From IMG/VR virus record IMGVR_UViG_3300021963_000037, positions 75,481 to 139,480 of that record: 64,000 bases of DNA; one strand, written 5' to 3'. The notes below the pieces were generated by a model. That model searched no databases. It was given only the letters and a program-made list of their open reading frames with translations, and had not been told where the DNA came from. Below, one piece after another: positions 8,335 through 17,335 of the stretch (position 1 is its first letter; each line of letters begins with the position of its first letter). The position numbers and the translations under genes were made by a program. The stretch comes from a virus.

Positions 8335-10188
8335 ATGGCACTACAAAAACTTAGAGATTTCTATCAATCTTCGAACACTGAAGTATTCAATGACTTAATG
8401 AAGAATAAAGTTGTTGTGTCAGAAAAGATAGCAGCACCGTCTCTTTATGTTAGAAGAGGTTTAAATGGTTTTGAATTTTTTAAAAATGGAACCAGCGAAG
8501 AGCTATCGATTGTTGATAGAACTTTAGTATCTTTGTATGAAACTGCAATTAAATATTTCCAAGGACTTTCTCCAGAAATTAAACAATCGATGCCAATTGA
8601 TTGGAAATTTGGATTTGAGTATCTTCCGGAAGCAGATGCATCGCCTTTAAATTATGATTCAGTTCCATTAAACTATTTAATACTTACACATATCCAAGTT
8701 ACTGGAGATAATGGTAAACCTAGAAAGATTATCAATGATACACATGTCCTAAATAAATGGGCAAAAACTTTTGAGGTTCAACAACCACCTGTTCTTTTTG
8801 AAGGAATGTTAGATGTAAATCAACAAACCAGATTAAGAGATTTGGTATCTATGAGTAACGAACAATACCAAAAAGAATTCTCTGACAAATCTTTTACAAG
8901 AGAAGCATTTCATATCTTTAATAGTAATTTATCAAAATCTACATTAAATGATAATTTAGATAAAGAAATTGATGGTTTAATTATCTCATTTGTAGAAGGT
9001 ACAAAAATCAAATCATTTAAAATGGAAGCCTTTGATCGTGTAAATGAATCAAAGGATGATAGAGAGTCTAGCCATATGTATCAGATCACAATGGTTGACT
9101 TATTAGAATTCTTAAATGATTTTAATTTAGACGAAATTGAATTAAACGAGGAGAACTCGGATTTACGATACATTGAATTAGTTTCAGCTGTCTACAATCA
9201 ATATCTAAACAAAAACGCATTTAAATATGTTGGAGCTAAATTTGATTCAGCTAGCTTTGCTACTGCAGAATGCTTCCAACTTAATACACAATATATTAAG
9301 AACGAAACAACATTAAAGTATCTTGAGAACAATGTTCTTGCTGAGCTTTATAAAATTGTTGTTGGTAGTTTAAGAAAGAAACGAGTTAAAGAGAGTTCAA
9401 TTATTACTGGACTTTTATTTACTCAATTAAATGAAATCGTAGAAAAGATCGAACAAAAAATCTTTGTTGAAAATGCTGATGAACATGCAGTATATGATTT
9501 CAAAAATTATATCATTCATGACAGAGTAGCAAACAGTCAAAAAATTACTGAAGCTCTTAAGATTGATTATCCTGCACAAGGAAAAGAGAAAGTAAATATC
9601 TTTGTTGGTAGATTCCAACCTTTTACTTTAGGACATGTTAAAGTTTTAGAAACTCTTTATAAACAAAACGGTTTTCCAGTTATAGTATTCTTAGTTAAAG
9701 CAAAAACTGTTAAGAAAGAGGATGCTGTTAAACGTCCTTATGATGTTGAAACACAAATTGAAATGTTTAACAATGTACAGAGAGAATACAAATTCTTAAA
9801 GCAAGTTATTGTTGTTCCTTCTGCTGCAATTGATGTTATGTTCAATCAACTTAGACCAAATTACGAACCAGTTCTTTGGGGTACCGGAACTGACCGAATG
9901 AAAGCATATGGATATATGGTTAATAATGACAAGTATCGTGATGAACTTGGAGTTTTACCAGAATTTGGTTTATATGAAATCCAAAGAGGAGATGATGATA
10001 TTTCCGCAACAAAAGTTAGACAATCTTTACTTGATAACAACGTTAAAGAATTTAACAAAATGACCCCAAACTCGCTTCACTCTATGTTTAATGACCTTAA
10101 ACAAAAATTAGAGACTTCTATTGCTAATGAATCAGTAGAACATGATGAAGAGTTTTTAACATTCGAACAATTTATAAATAAGATATAA
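8335..10188 (+). CDS. Fusion of an RNA-ligase-like domain and a HIGH-superfamily nucleotidyltransferase (NMNAT/cytidylyltransferase-like)
   Basis: N-half SEKIAAP, FGFEY, PPVLFEG, IDGLII; C-half VGRFQPFTLGH, GTDR, ISATKVR. Confidence 0.7.
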   Translation: MALQKLRDFYQSSNTEVFNDLMKNKVVVSEKIAAPSLYVRRGLNGFEFFKNGTSEELSIVDRTLVSLYETAIKYFQGLSPEIKQSMPIDWKFGFEYLPEADASPLNYDSVPLNYLILTHIQVTGDNGKPRKIINDTHVLNKWAKTFEVQQPPVLFEGMLDVNQQTRLRDLVSMSNEQYQKEFSDKSFTREAFHIFNSNLSKSTLNDNLDKEIDGLIISFVEGTKIKSFKMEAFDRVNESKDDRESSHMYQITMVDLLEFLNDFNLDEIELNEENSDLRYIELVSAVYNQYLNKNAFKYVGAKFDSASFATAECFQLNTQYIKNETTLKYLENNVLAELYKIVVGSLRKKRVKESSIITGLLFTQLNEIVEKIEQKIFVENADEHAVYDFKNYIIHDRVANSQKITEALKIDYPAQGKEKVNIFVGRFQPFTLGHVKVLETLYKQNGFPVIVFLVKAKTVKKEDAVKRPYDVETQIEMFNNVQREYKFLKQVIVVPSAAIDVMFNQLRPNYEPVLWGTGTDRMKAYGYMVNNDKYRDELGVLPEFGLYEIQRGDDDISATKVRQSLLDNNVKEFNKMTPNSLHSMFNDLKQKLETSIANESVEHDEEFLTFEQFINKI

Positions 10189-11297
10189 TGGCACAAACAA
10201 ACGGAGACATTAGAGCAAGATTTGCTGCAGCGTTATCAGCATTAGAAGAACTTAATGAAGGTTCTGAAATTCCAGTTTCTATCGGTAGAGATGTAATTGG
10301 AACAGTAAAACCAAACGATACCGATACTATCGATCATCTTAAAAGTCTAGTAAATTCATCAGCTTCTAAAGAAACAATTATTAATTTTCTTTTAGGAATT
10401 GGTTATCCTGCTGACCAAGCAGAAATATTGTTTACAATTATTTCTAGAAACAATGATTTATCATCGTTTGTTAGTTATATTCAAAATAGAACAGTAACAA
10501 TATCAAGTTTACTTGGTAAAGTCTCAGATTCAAATAGTATTAATTCAAGTATTGGAGTACCCGGAAAAGCATCTGCTGGTTTTTATGGTATGTCATGGAG
10601 AACTTCTCCGCCAATGGGACCTGGTGAAGTATGGTTAAGTACTATATTGGCAGGCGGTAGAAGACCTAATGGATCTGAAAAGGGAGATGTTATTGTTGAT
10701 GGTACCGAATTAGAAGTTAAAGGTCCAAATGGACGTTTAATTGGTCAAAGTGGATATGGCGATGCTAAACAAATGAGAGTTCATTTTTATAATGCAATGA
10801 CCAATGTTGCTGCTAATTTAGGACATACTGATTTTACTGCTATTGATAGTGGTAAAGACAACTTTTGGAATGTTGGTAAAAAATCTGGAGAAGGAATTGA
10901 AATTAATCTAAAAGCAATTTCTAAATTAAATAAAGGTTTCTCTTCTAAAGAAATGTTAATGATTTCTGCTGAAATTATTGGAGCATTTAAAAATTACCTA
11001 CTTAATTTAGATGTTTCTAAATATTCTGGAGTATTAGCAAACTGTATTGGTAAAGATGGTTCTATTAATACTAGTAAATGGCATGCTGAAATACTACCAA
11101 TGTATTTTGAATATTATCAATCTCATGAGCTATTTAATTATATTGCGTTTACCAGAGAAGATGGTAGATTTTTATTAATTGATGCTTCTACATTTAGAGA
11201 TGCTTATAATAAGGGTCTAATTAATTTTACAGCAGCTCCAAGTTTTACTAATGGAGCGGGTTCTCAAGGTGGAACTTATGGCATAACTATAAAATAA
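10188..11297 (+). CDS. Putative PD-(D/E)xK nuclease
   Basis: GPGE...KGDVIVDGTELEVKG; LNE-G site near N-terminus; TATAAATA at 10173-10180. Confidence 0.55.
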   Translation: MAQTNGDIRARFAAALSALEELNEGSEIPVSIGRDVIGTVKPNDTDTIDHLKSLVNSSASKETIINFLLGIGYPADQAEILFTIISRNNDLSSFVSYIQNRTVTISSLLGKVSDSNSINSSIGVPGKASAGFYGMSWRTSPPMGPGEVWLSTILAGGRRPNGSEKGDVIVDGTELEVKGPNGRLIGQSGYGDAKQMRVHFYNAMTNVAANLGHTDFTAIDSGKDNFWNVGKKSGEGIEINLKAISKLNKGFSSKEMLMISAEIIGAFKNYLLNLDVSKYSGVLANCIGKDGSINTSKWHAEILPMYFEYYQSHELFNYIAFTREDGRFLLIDASTFRDAYNKGLINFTAAPSFTNGAGSQGGTYGITIK

Positions 11298-11300
11298 TCT

Positions 11301-11308
11301 GATATATA
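11301..11308 (+). promoter_or_regulatory. Putative late promoter GATATATA
   Basis: Recurring late box. Confidence 0.65.
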
Positions 11309-11332
11309 GAATATAAAAATAAGAATTTAAGA

Positions 11333-12685
11333 ATGAATTTCGACGATTTTTTACAATCACTTAACGAATCTGAATCAGTAAATGAAGCAGGAATTGTCCT
11401 AAAAAGACAATATACTGAAGCTCATCCTGCTAAAACTGCATCTAAAACAGCGGTTATTCGTAATAAAGTTATTGAAGCCATCAAAGATGGTAAATTAACT
11501 AAAGAGGAATTTAACCTAATTTTGACTAAAGTTTCTGAAGACCAAAAAAGATGGTTAAAAAGAAATTCTAGTCTTTTTAATGTTTCTGAAGACGGTGTTA
11601 CATTGTCAAAAGCAGGACTTAAAATATATAATGAGCTTACAAAAGAAAATAAAATACAAAATAAACCTAGATTTGAAATGAAAAGATTAGTTGAATCATT
11701 CTCAGAATTTGTTGAGAATTTAAACAATGACCATATTAATGAGGCATTTGCATCTTCAAAGCTTGCAAGTCTTTTGACTGGCGGCGCAAAAATGCCAAAG
11801 GATCTTCCAGGAGCATTCTATAATATGTCACAATTAGCACTTGATAAAATTCAAGATGTTGATATTATTGAAATGGATCCAGAAACTGCTAAAAAAGAAA
11901 AAAGAGCTAACGCTGTATATTTCTATTTTACAACAAATGAAAAAGAGAATCCATATACTCAACAAGATTGGGGTACAAGAACAATTCCAGCAAATACTCT
12001 ATTAGCTATCACTAATGGTCAAAATGAATGGATGAATGCTGAATGGTCAAGCAGATATGGTAGATCATCAAGCAGAACTTTAAAAGTAACTAAAAGAGAT
12101 GATTCTGCTGGTATTTCAAAATCTTCTGCAAACTCTAGTTACGGTTCTAAAATCTCAAGCTTAAAACAAGTTGTTGAACTTGCTGATAGAGCATATTGTT
12201 TAGATTTAGATATTCTTAGAGCAAGGTATTCTACAAGAGCTTTAAAAGATGAAAGATATGCTGCTAAAAAAGGAGCTGTTGCATTCCAAACTGATAAAGA
12301 TTTTAAAGCAGAAAACTTAAAGAGATACAATGAAATTTTAGCTACTAAAGCAGCTGCATTACCATTAGATTCTCTAGTTGCAAACGCTATTGATACAATC
12401 GCTGGTCAAATCAAAGATGGTTTATCTAAAGGTTTAAAAGGAAGATACGATGAACTTATTGTTGGATTAGATCCAAAAGGAAGAGAAGTTAAAATGAACG
12501 ATGCTGCAAATCTAATGAGAAATATCTTAGATGAATATTCTAGATATTGTGGAGATGCTGCAAATCAAGAAAAAGAAGTAGCTGCAGGTTACGGTGGTTC
12601 TTACTACGAAGGTAGCATGAAACAACGCGCTAAAAATCTTCAAGATTACATGAAGAAAATTGACAACCTAAACTACGCTTGGTAA
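11333..12685 (+). CDS. Putative internal head protein with two tandem targeting-like units
   Basis: MNFDDFLQSLNE...VNE-A and internal MKRLVESFSEFVENL...INE-A. Confidence 0.55.
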   Translation: MNFDDFLQSLNESESVNEAGIVLKRQYTEAHPAKTASKTAVIRNKVIEAIKDGKLTKEEFNLILTKVSEDQKRWLKRNSSLFNVSEDGVTLSKAGLKIYNELTKENKIQNKPRFEMKRLVESFSEFVENLNNDHINEAFASSKLASLLTGGAKMPKDLPGAFYNMSQLALDKIQDVDIIEMDPETAKKEKRANAVYFYFTTNEKENPYTQQDWGTRTIPANTLLAITNGQNEWMNAEWSSRYGRSSSRTLKVTKRDDSAGISKSSANSSYGSKISSLKQVVELADRAYCLDLDILRARYSTRALKDERYAAKKGAVAFQTDKDFKAENLKRYNEILATKAAALPLDSLVANAIDTIAGQIKDGLSKGLKGRYDELIVGLDPKGREVKMNDAANLMRNILDEYSRYCGDAANQEKEVAAGYGGSYYEGSMKQRAKNLQDYMKKIDNLNYAW

Positions 12686-12689
12686 TAAT

Positions 12690-13235
12690 ATGAAACATGT
12701 ACAACTATACGAACAATTCGTAACTGAAAAAGCATACCAATTGACTGGAATTTACGGTGCAAAAGGTATTATTGGAAAAGTTCTATTTGCTTTTAAGAAA
12801 GAAATCGAACGAATTAAATACGAAGGAGATGCTGACTCAACTTTAGCAGAACTTAACGATGTTTGGACCAAATGGGCTGATAAAGACGGCGCAAAAATCA
12901 TCGAACAGGAAGTAATGAAAGTTGTTAAAGACAAGGAAGCTATTGTTTATATAGTTGCAACTTTATCTGAAGCTCAATGGATCGCAGATGTAGTTAATAG
13001 ATTAAACACACCGACTGGTACAGAACTTTTTGTTTCTTTAAATAACGATTTCGTAATTAATGTTGGTTTTGCGGATGATGTTGATGGAGATAAATTCTCT
13101 AGAAAACTTGATGGTATGACAAACACTGCGGTTCCAGTAAGTATAACTGAAATTGTTGGATCTTTCGATTCTGCAGTAGGTTATAATAATGTTGAAATCA
13201 GAAAGAGCATCTTTTTATCAATAGATGCAAAATAA
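12690..13235 (+). CDS. Putative internal head protein
   Basis: Starts MKHVQLYEQFVTE, resembling T4 capsid-targeting sequence MKTYQEFIAE. Confidence 0.6.
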   Translation: MKHVQLYEQFVTEKAYQLTGIYGAKGIIGKVLFAFKKEIERIKYEGDADSTLAELNDVWTKWADKDGAKIIEQEVMKVVKDKEAIVYIVATLSEAQWIADVVNRLNTPTGTELFVSLNNDFVINVGFADDVDGDKFSRKLDGMTNTAVPVSITEIVGSFDSAVGYNNVEIRKSIFLSIDAK

Positions 13236-13243
13236 TTTATAAG

Positions 13244-13711
13244 ATGCCTGCAACAAGCAAATCACAACAAAGACTAATGGGAGCAGCATATGCCGTAAAA
13301 GCCGGATATATGCTGCTTTCTGATGTTTCTGCAGAATACCAAGACAAAGTAAAGGACTTGACACTTTCAATGACTTTAAAACAACTTAAAGATTTTGCAG
13401 AAACTCCACATGAAGGACTTCCTGAGACTGTTGAAGAATCTAGTTTAGGATTTGCAACAAATACTGGTGGACCACAAAGTACTTTTATGCCAGGTGCTGG
13501 AATGGGAGCTATTAAACTTCCAAATATGGGAACTGGAGAAATAGGTTCTGGTGATGTTCCAAAAGGAGCTGGTTGGGCAGAAGACGAATACGAGAAAGAG
13601 AAAAAGAAAAAGAAAAGAAGAGAACAACTTCAAAAGAAAACTGAAAAACCAGTAAAAACATTTGAACAGTTTATTTTCGAAAAACTTAATCCATCTATAA
13701 AGGACAAATAA
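13244..13711 (+). CDS. DUF3008-like protein
   Basis: MPATSKSQQRLMGAA...MTLKQLKDFAETPHEGLP; C-terminal VKTFEQFIFE motif. Confidence 0.6.
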   Translation: MPATSKSQQRLMGAAYAVKAGYMLLSDVSAEYQDKVKDLTLSMTLKQLKDFAETPHEGLPETVEESSLGFATNTGGPQSTFMPGAGMGAIKLPNMGTGEIGSGDVPKGAGWAEDEYEKEKKKKKRREQLQKKTEKPVKTFEQFIFEKLNPSIKDK

Positions 13712-13978
13712 ATGCTAAACATTATTTTACTAGGCGGAGAAAAAGACAAAAATTGGTCAGAAGCAGCAGTTGAAAAAATCATTAATTCAATTAATTCTTG
13801 CCAATCTTTAAAACAACTAATGACATGTCGAGCATTAGTTAATAATTACCTATTTGCTGCAATCATAGCAGGAAACGAGACAGATGATAGCAATCTACGA
13901 TTAGTCTCATCTCTATTACACTTCTTAGTTAAGAGTAAAGAGAATCAACTTATTAAGGAAATGGATCTTATTTCCTAA
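13712..13978 (+). CDS. Hypothetical protein
   Basis: ORF abutting previous gene. Confidence 0.6.
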   Translation: MLNIILLGGEKDKNWSEAAVEKIINSINSCQSLKQLMTCRALVNNYLFAAIIAGNETDDSNLRLVSSLLHFLVKSKENQLIKEMDLIS

Positions 13979-13983
13979 AATAT

Positions 13984-14030
13984 TTCACTAAATATTTTTT
14001 TATGTCATGGAAATTGTTTATATTTACATA
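13984..14030 (+). promoter_or_regulatory. Putative early (host RNAP) promoter ending AATTGTTTATATTTACATA
   Basis: 43/47 identical to 45972-46018; core resembles Bacteroidota -7 TAnnTTTG box. Confidence 0.7.
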
Positions 14031-14051
14031 TAATATTTAAACAATCTCAAC

Positions 14052-14282
14052 ATGATAAAATCAGCTAAAGACAGAAAGAAAGGTCCAATCGAAATCGATC
14101 TTAATGGACCAGAAGGAAATGCATTCTACTTAATGGGAATGGCAATGGACTTTGCTAAAAAGCTCGGTTGGACCAAGGAGCAAAAAGCAAAACTTAGAGT
14201 AGAACTGACATTCTCAGACTACGAAAATCTAATTAACATCTTCGATAAACATTTTGGTGAATTTGTAATTTTATATCGATAA
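14052..14282 (+). CDS. Conserved small phage protein
   Basis: IDLxGPxGNAFxLxG...DYENL...FD..FG pattern seen in many phages. Confidence 0.7.
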   Translation: MIKSAKDRKKGPIEIDLNGPEGNAFYLMGMAMDFAKKLGWTKEQKAKLRVELTFSDYENLINIFDKHFGEFVILYR

Positions 14283-14286
14283 TTTC

Positions 14287-14313
14287 GAAACTTTTTTGAA
14301 CTTACTTATATAA
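14287..14313 (+). promoter_or_regulatory. Putative middle promoter GAAAC-N17-TATAA (start of modification locus)
   Basis: Exact motif and spacing. Confidence 0.7.
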
Positions 14314-14332
14314 TTACTAAACATATCGAGAA

Positions 14333-14626
14333 ATGAGTATTTTAGAAGAAGCAGACAAAATCGTTAATCACAGATCAGAAGAAGCAGATCGTAACTATGG
14401 ACCTTTCTCAGAAGGTATGGATCGTGCAGCAATGATTTTTCAAGGAATGACTGGAATCCCAGTAACTGGAGAACACATGTTTAAAGCACTAGTTGCTTTG
14501 AAATTCTCTAGAGAATCTTATAACCATAAGAAAGACAATTTGCTTGATGCAGTTGCCTATATTCAAGGATTAGAGAATTACCTTAATGAGATTGAAGAAT
14601 CTCGCCCAATCAAATCAAATGACTAG
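14333..14626 (+). CDS. DUF6378-like all-alpha protein (putative nucleotide pyrophosphatase)
   Basis: ILEEA..IV..R...YG...ALKFSRE...KKDNLLDAVAY pattern. Confidence 0.7.
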   Translation: MSILEEADKIVNHRSEEADRNYGPFSEGMDRAAMIFQGMTGIPVTGEHMFKALVALKFSRESYNHKKDNLLDAVAYIQGLENYLNEIEESRPIKSND

Positions 14627-15668
14627 TATCTACGATATTAAAGAAAAGTTAGCTGGTAAAAAGATTGCAATTGATGATGTTGTAACAACTTACAGCTCGA
14701 AAAAAGAATCACATAAATCTGCGTGGGCATATTTACTTATGTCCCAATTAAAAAGTCTAGGATTGGATGTTACTGTTTTAACAAAAGACGGTAACATTCA
14801 TGATTTTGACGTTTGGATGGTAGCCTTACCAATGGAATTCCAAGGTAGTTACAATCTTTTTGGCGGTGCAGGAGATGAACCAGCTGCCAGAATCCAGAGA
14901 TTTATTGATTTTAAAGGAGATGTGTATTGTCTTAATCGAGAAATGCCAGATGTTGGAGCATTTGCTCAATCTCGTATGAATTCTTGTACAGACAATTGGA
15001 AATCATTAGACGTTGCAATCCTGTCATCAAGGTCAAAATCAGTTGAGACAATTGATTTAACCCTTAACTCAGATACCTTTGTACTAGGCGATAGCCATTC
15101 AGTATCTGCTTACGTTCCAGGAGCAAACATTTCCAGAAATGATGGTAAAACATTATTTGGAGTTATTAAAGAAGGAATGCAGAATTATATTCCTGCTGGA
15201 ACAAAACACATAATCACATATTTTGGTAACATTGATGTTAGACACCATTTGTGCCGCCAACCAGATCCAATTGCAGCAACTGAATCTCTAGTTAAAAACT
15301 ATGTTGAACACTTAAAAAGTTTAGGCATGGAAAAGATCAGTGTTATGCAATTACTACCAATCGACCACGAAGAGAGAAGAATTCCAAAGACTGGATTCTA
15401 TAAAGGAACACCTTTTTATGGAAATTTAGAAAAAAGATTGGAAATTTGTCGAATTTTTAACAATAAGCTGAGTATATATCTAAGTGAGGCCGGATACGAA
15501 TTTATCCAATGGCCAAGCGAATGGTACAAGCTAAGCCCAAAAGACTATGCGGACATTTATATGGAGAAACCAGGATCGGTGCACCTTTCACGAAATTATT
15601 ATCAATATGATTTCGAAACTGGCCAAAAGAATCCAGCATTAAAACCAAAAGTCACGAGTTTATTTTGA
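14619..15668 (+). CDS. Chimera of a beta-glucosyltransferase-like N-terminal domain and an SGNH hydrolase/acyltransferase domain
   Basis: N-half KIAI...LGLDVTVL...DFD...NLFGG parallels T4 BGT N-domain; C-half LGDSH, YFGNID, GSVH; ends VTSLF. Confidence 0.6.
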   Translation: MTSIYDIKEKLAGKKIAIDDVVTTYSSKKESHKSAWAYLLMSQLKSLGLDVTVLTKDGNIHDFDVWMVALPMEFQGSYNLFGGAGDEPAARIQRFIDFKGDVYCLNREMPDVGAFAQSRMNSCTDNWKSLDVAILSSRSKSVETIDLTLNSDTFVLGDSHSVSAYVPGANISRNDGKTLFGVIKEGMQNYIPAGTKHIITYFGNIDVRHHLCRQPDPIAATESLVKNYVEHLKSLGMEKISVMQLLPIDHEERRIPKTGFYKGTPFYGNLEKRLEICRIFNNKLSIYLSEAGYEFIQWPSEWYKLSPKDYADIYMEKPGSVHLSRNYYQYDFETGQKNPALKPKVTSLF

Positions 15669-15693
15669 AACCTTTTATAAATTATAAGTATAA
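15667..15693 (+). promoter_or_regulatory. Putative middle promoter GAAAC-N17-TATAA (inositol synthase)
   Basis: Exact motif and spacing. Confidence 0.7.
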
Positions 15694-15716
15694 CTTAAAA
15701 CAAATTACTAAAAATC

Positions 15717-16895
15717 ATGAGTAAAATTAAAGTTGCAATTATTGGTACAGGAAACTGTGCTAAGTCTCTAGTAGAAGGAGTACAATTCTACACGGAAAAT
15801 CAAGCAAATATCGATGGTATGATGCGTAGCGATATCGGTGGATATGGTGCAAAAGACATTGAATTTGTTTGTGCATTTGATATTGATGAGCGTAAAGTGA
15901 ATCAACCATTAGGTGTTGCATTGAAGCAACGTCCAAATTCTGCATGGGATATCGTTCCAACTATCAATTCAACAGCTCCAGTTTATGAAGCTCCAGTTAT
16001 TGATGGTTATGCATTATTAATGGACGCATACCCAGAAGCAAATCGTTTCTTGGTTTCTGAAGAGTTGAGAAATTCAACTGAGACAAATCGTACTGAATGG
16101 ACTGATAAAAAAGACAGACAGTGGAAAGACAAAGTTATTGCTCAATTAAAAGAGCACGAAGTTGAAGTATTGATTAACTACTTACCAGTAGGTTCTCAAG
16201 CAGCAACAGAATTTTGGGCAGAAATCTGCTTAGAAACTGGAATTTCTTTCGTAAACTGTATTCCAGTATTTATTGCATCTGATCCGGCATGGGAGAAACG
16301 TTTTATCGACGCAGGTATTCCATTGATTGGTGATGATATGCGTTCTCAATTTGGTGCATCTATCTTGTCTCAAATGTTACAAGAACTTGCATTCGAAAGA
16401 GGTCACGTAGTAAGAGCACACATTCAACGTAACGTTGGTGGTAACACTGACTTCTTGAATATGGAAGACAAAACTCGTTTGAAATCTAAAAAGATTTCTA
16501 AAGAGAACGTAATCCGCGCTCAAAATGATATTCGTGGAATATCAACAGAAGGTTCATTCTTACATGCAGGTCCTTCAGAGTACATCTCATACTATGGAGA
16601 TAACAAAGTTGCTAACTTCCGTTTAGAACTTGAAGGATTCGGTGGAGCACCAGTTATATTTGATGCTCAACTATCTGTACAAGATAGTCCAAACTCTGCA
16701 GGAGTCGTAATCGACGCTCTTCGTTATCTTAGAGTTGCAAGAGAAATGGGAATTGTTGGTGCTTTAAGAGGACCATCAGCATTTACTCAAAAGACACCAC
16801 CTCAACAAATGATGTTTGTTGATGCTGTTCAAGAATGCGAAGCTTTAGCAAATCGTAAACTTACTAAAGTTACGGAGAAACAAGTTAAAGCTTAA
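15717..16895 (+). CDS. ino1: myo-Inositol-1-phosphate synthase (bacterial/archaeal type)
   Basis: GTGNCAKSLVEG, NYLPVGS, FVNCIPVFIAS, GDDMRSQFGA, NVGGNTDFLN, SKKISK, DSPNSAG. Confidence 0.95.
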   Translation: MSKIKVAIIGTGNCAKSLVEGVQFYTENQANIDGMMRSDIGGYGAKDIEFVCAFDIDERKVNQPLGVALKQRPNSAWDIVPTINSTAPVYEAPVIDGYALLMDAYPEANRFLVSEELRNSTETNRTEWTDKKDRQWKDKVIAQLKEHEVEVLINYLPVGSQAATEFWAEICLETGISFVNCIPVFIASDPAWEKRFIDAGIPLIGDDMRSQFGASILSQMLQELAFERGHVVRAHIQRNVGGNTDFLNMEDKTRLKSKKISKENVIRAQNDIRGISTEGSFLHAGPSEYISYYGDNKVANFRLELEGFGGAPVIFDAQLSVQDSPNSAGVVIDALRYLRVAREMGIVGALRGPSAFTQKTPPQQMMFVDAVQECEALANRKLTKVTEKQVKA

Positions 16896-16905
16896 TTAAT
16901 CCAAC

Positions 16906-16936
16906 AAGATGGAGAGTTTTGCTCTCCATCTTTTTT
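16906..16936 (+). terminator. Intrinsic terminator after ino1
   Basis: AAGATGGAGAG-TTTTG-CTCTCCATCTT followed by T run. Confidence 0.85.
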
Positions 16937-16948
16937 CAATTTAGAAAG

Positions 16949-17326
16949 ATGAAAAATCAAGAAATATTTGCATATGATTTTGATGGTGTAGTTTCATTAG
17001 GAATTAGACCAAGATTTAGTGATGATGTTATTATCACAGGTAGATGTCAAGAAGAGGCGCCACACGTTTTTGAAAAATTAGCAGAAATGGGAATCTCTAC
17101 AAATGTTTACTTTAATCAAATGACCTTACAAGAAAGGGGAAATCATACAGTAGAAGCTAGAATTTTCTCTGGTCGCCATAAAGCTAGAACTATTCATAAC
17201 CTTAAAGAAGAAGGAATTGATGTTGTTCGTTTCTTTGATGATGACGAAGTTCAAATTGCAGTTATTAAACAATGGCATCCTAATTTAGATATTGTTCATG
17301 TTGTATCAACTCTTGTAGAAAAATAA
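16949..17326 (+). CDS. Minimal HAD-superfamily phosphatase
   Basis: DFDGV, IITGR, HK, FFDDD motifs; ATG 16949 lies downstream of terminator. Confidence 0.85.
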   Translation: MKNQEIFAYDFDGVVSLGIRPRFSDDVIITGRCQEEAPHVFEKLAEMGISTNVYFNQMTLQERGNHTVEARIFSGRHKARTIHNLKEEGIDVVRFFDDDEVQIAVIKQWHPNLDIVHVVSTLVEK

Positions 17327-17335
17327 AATTAATCA

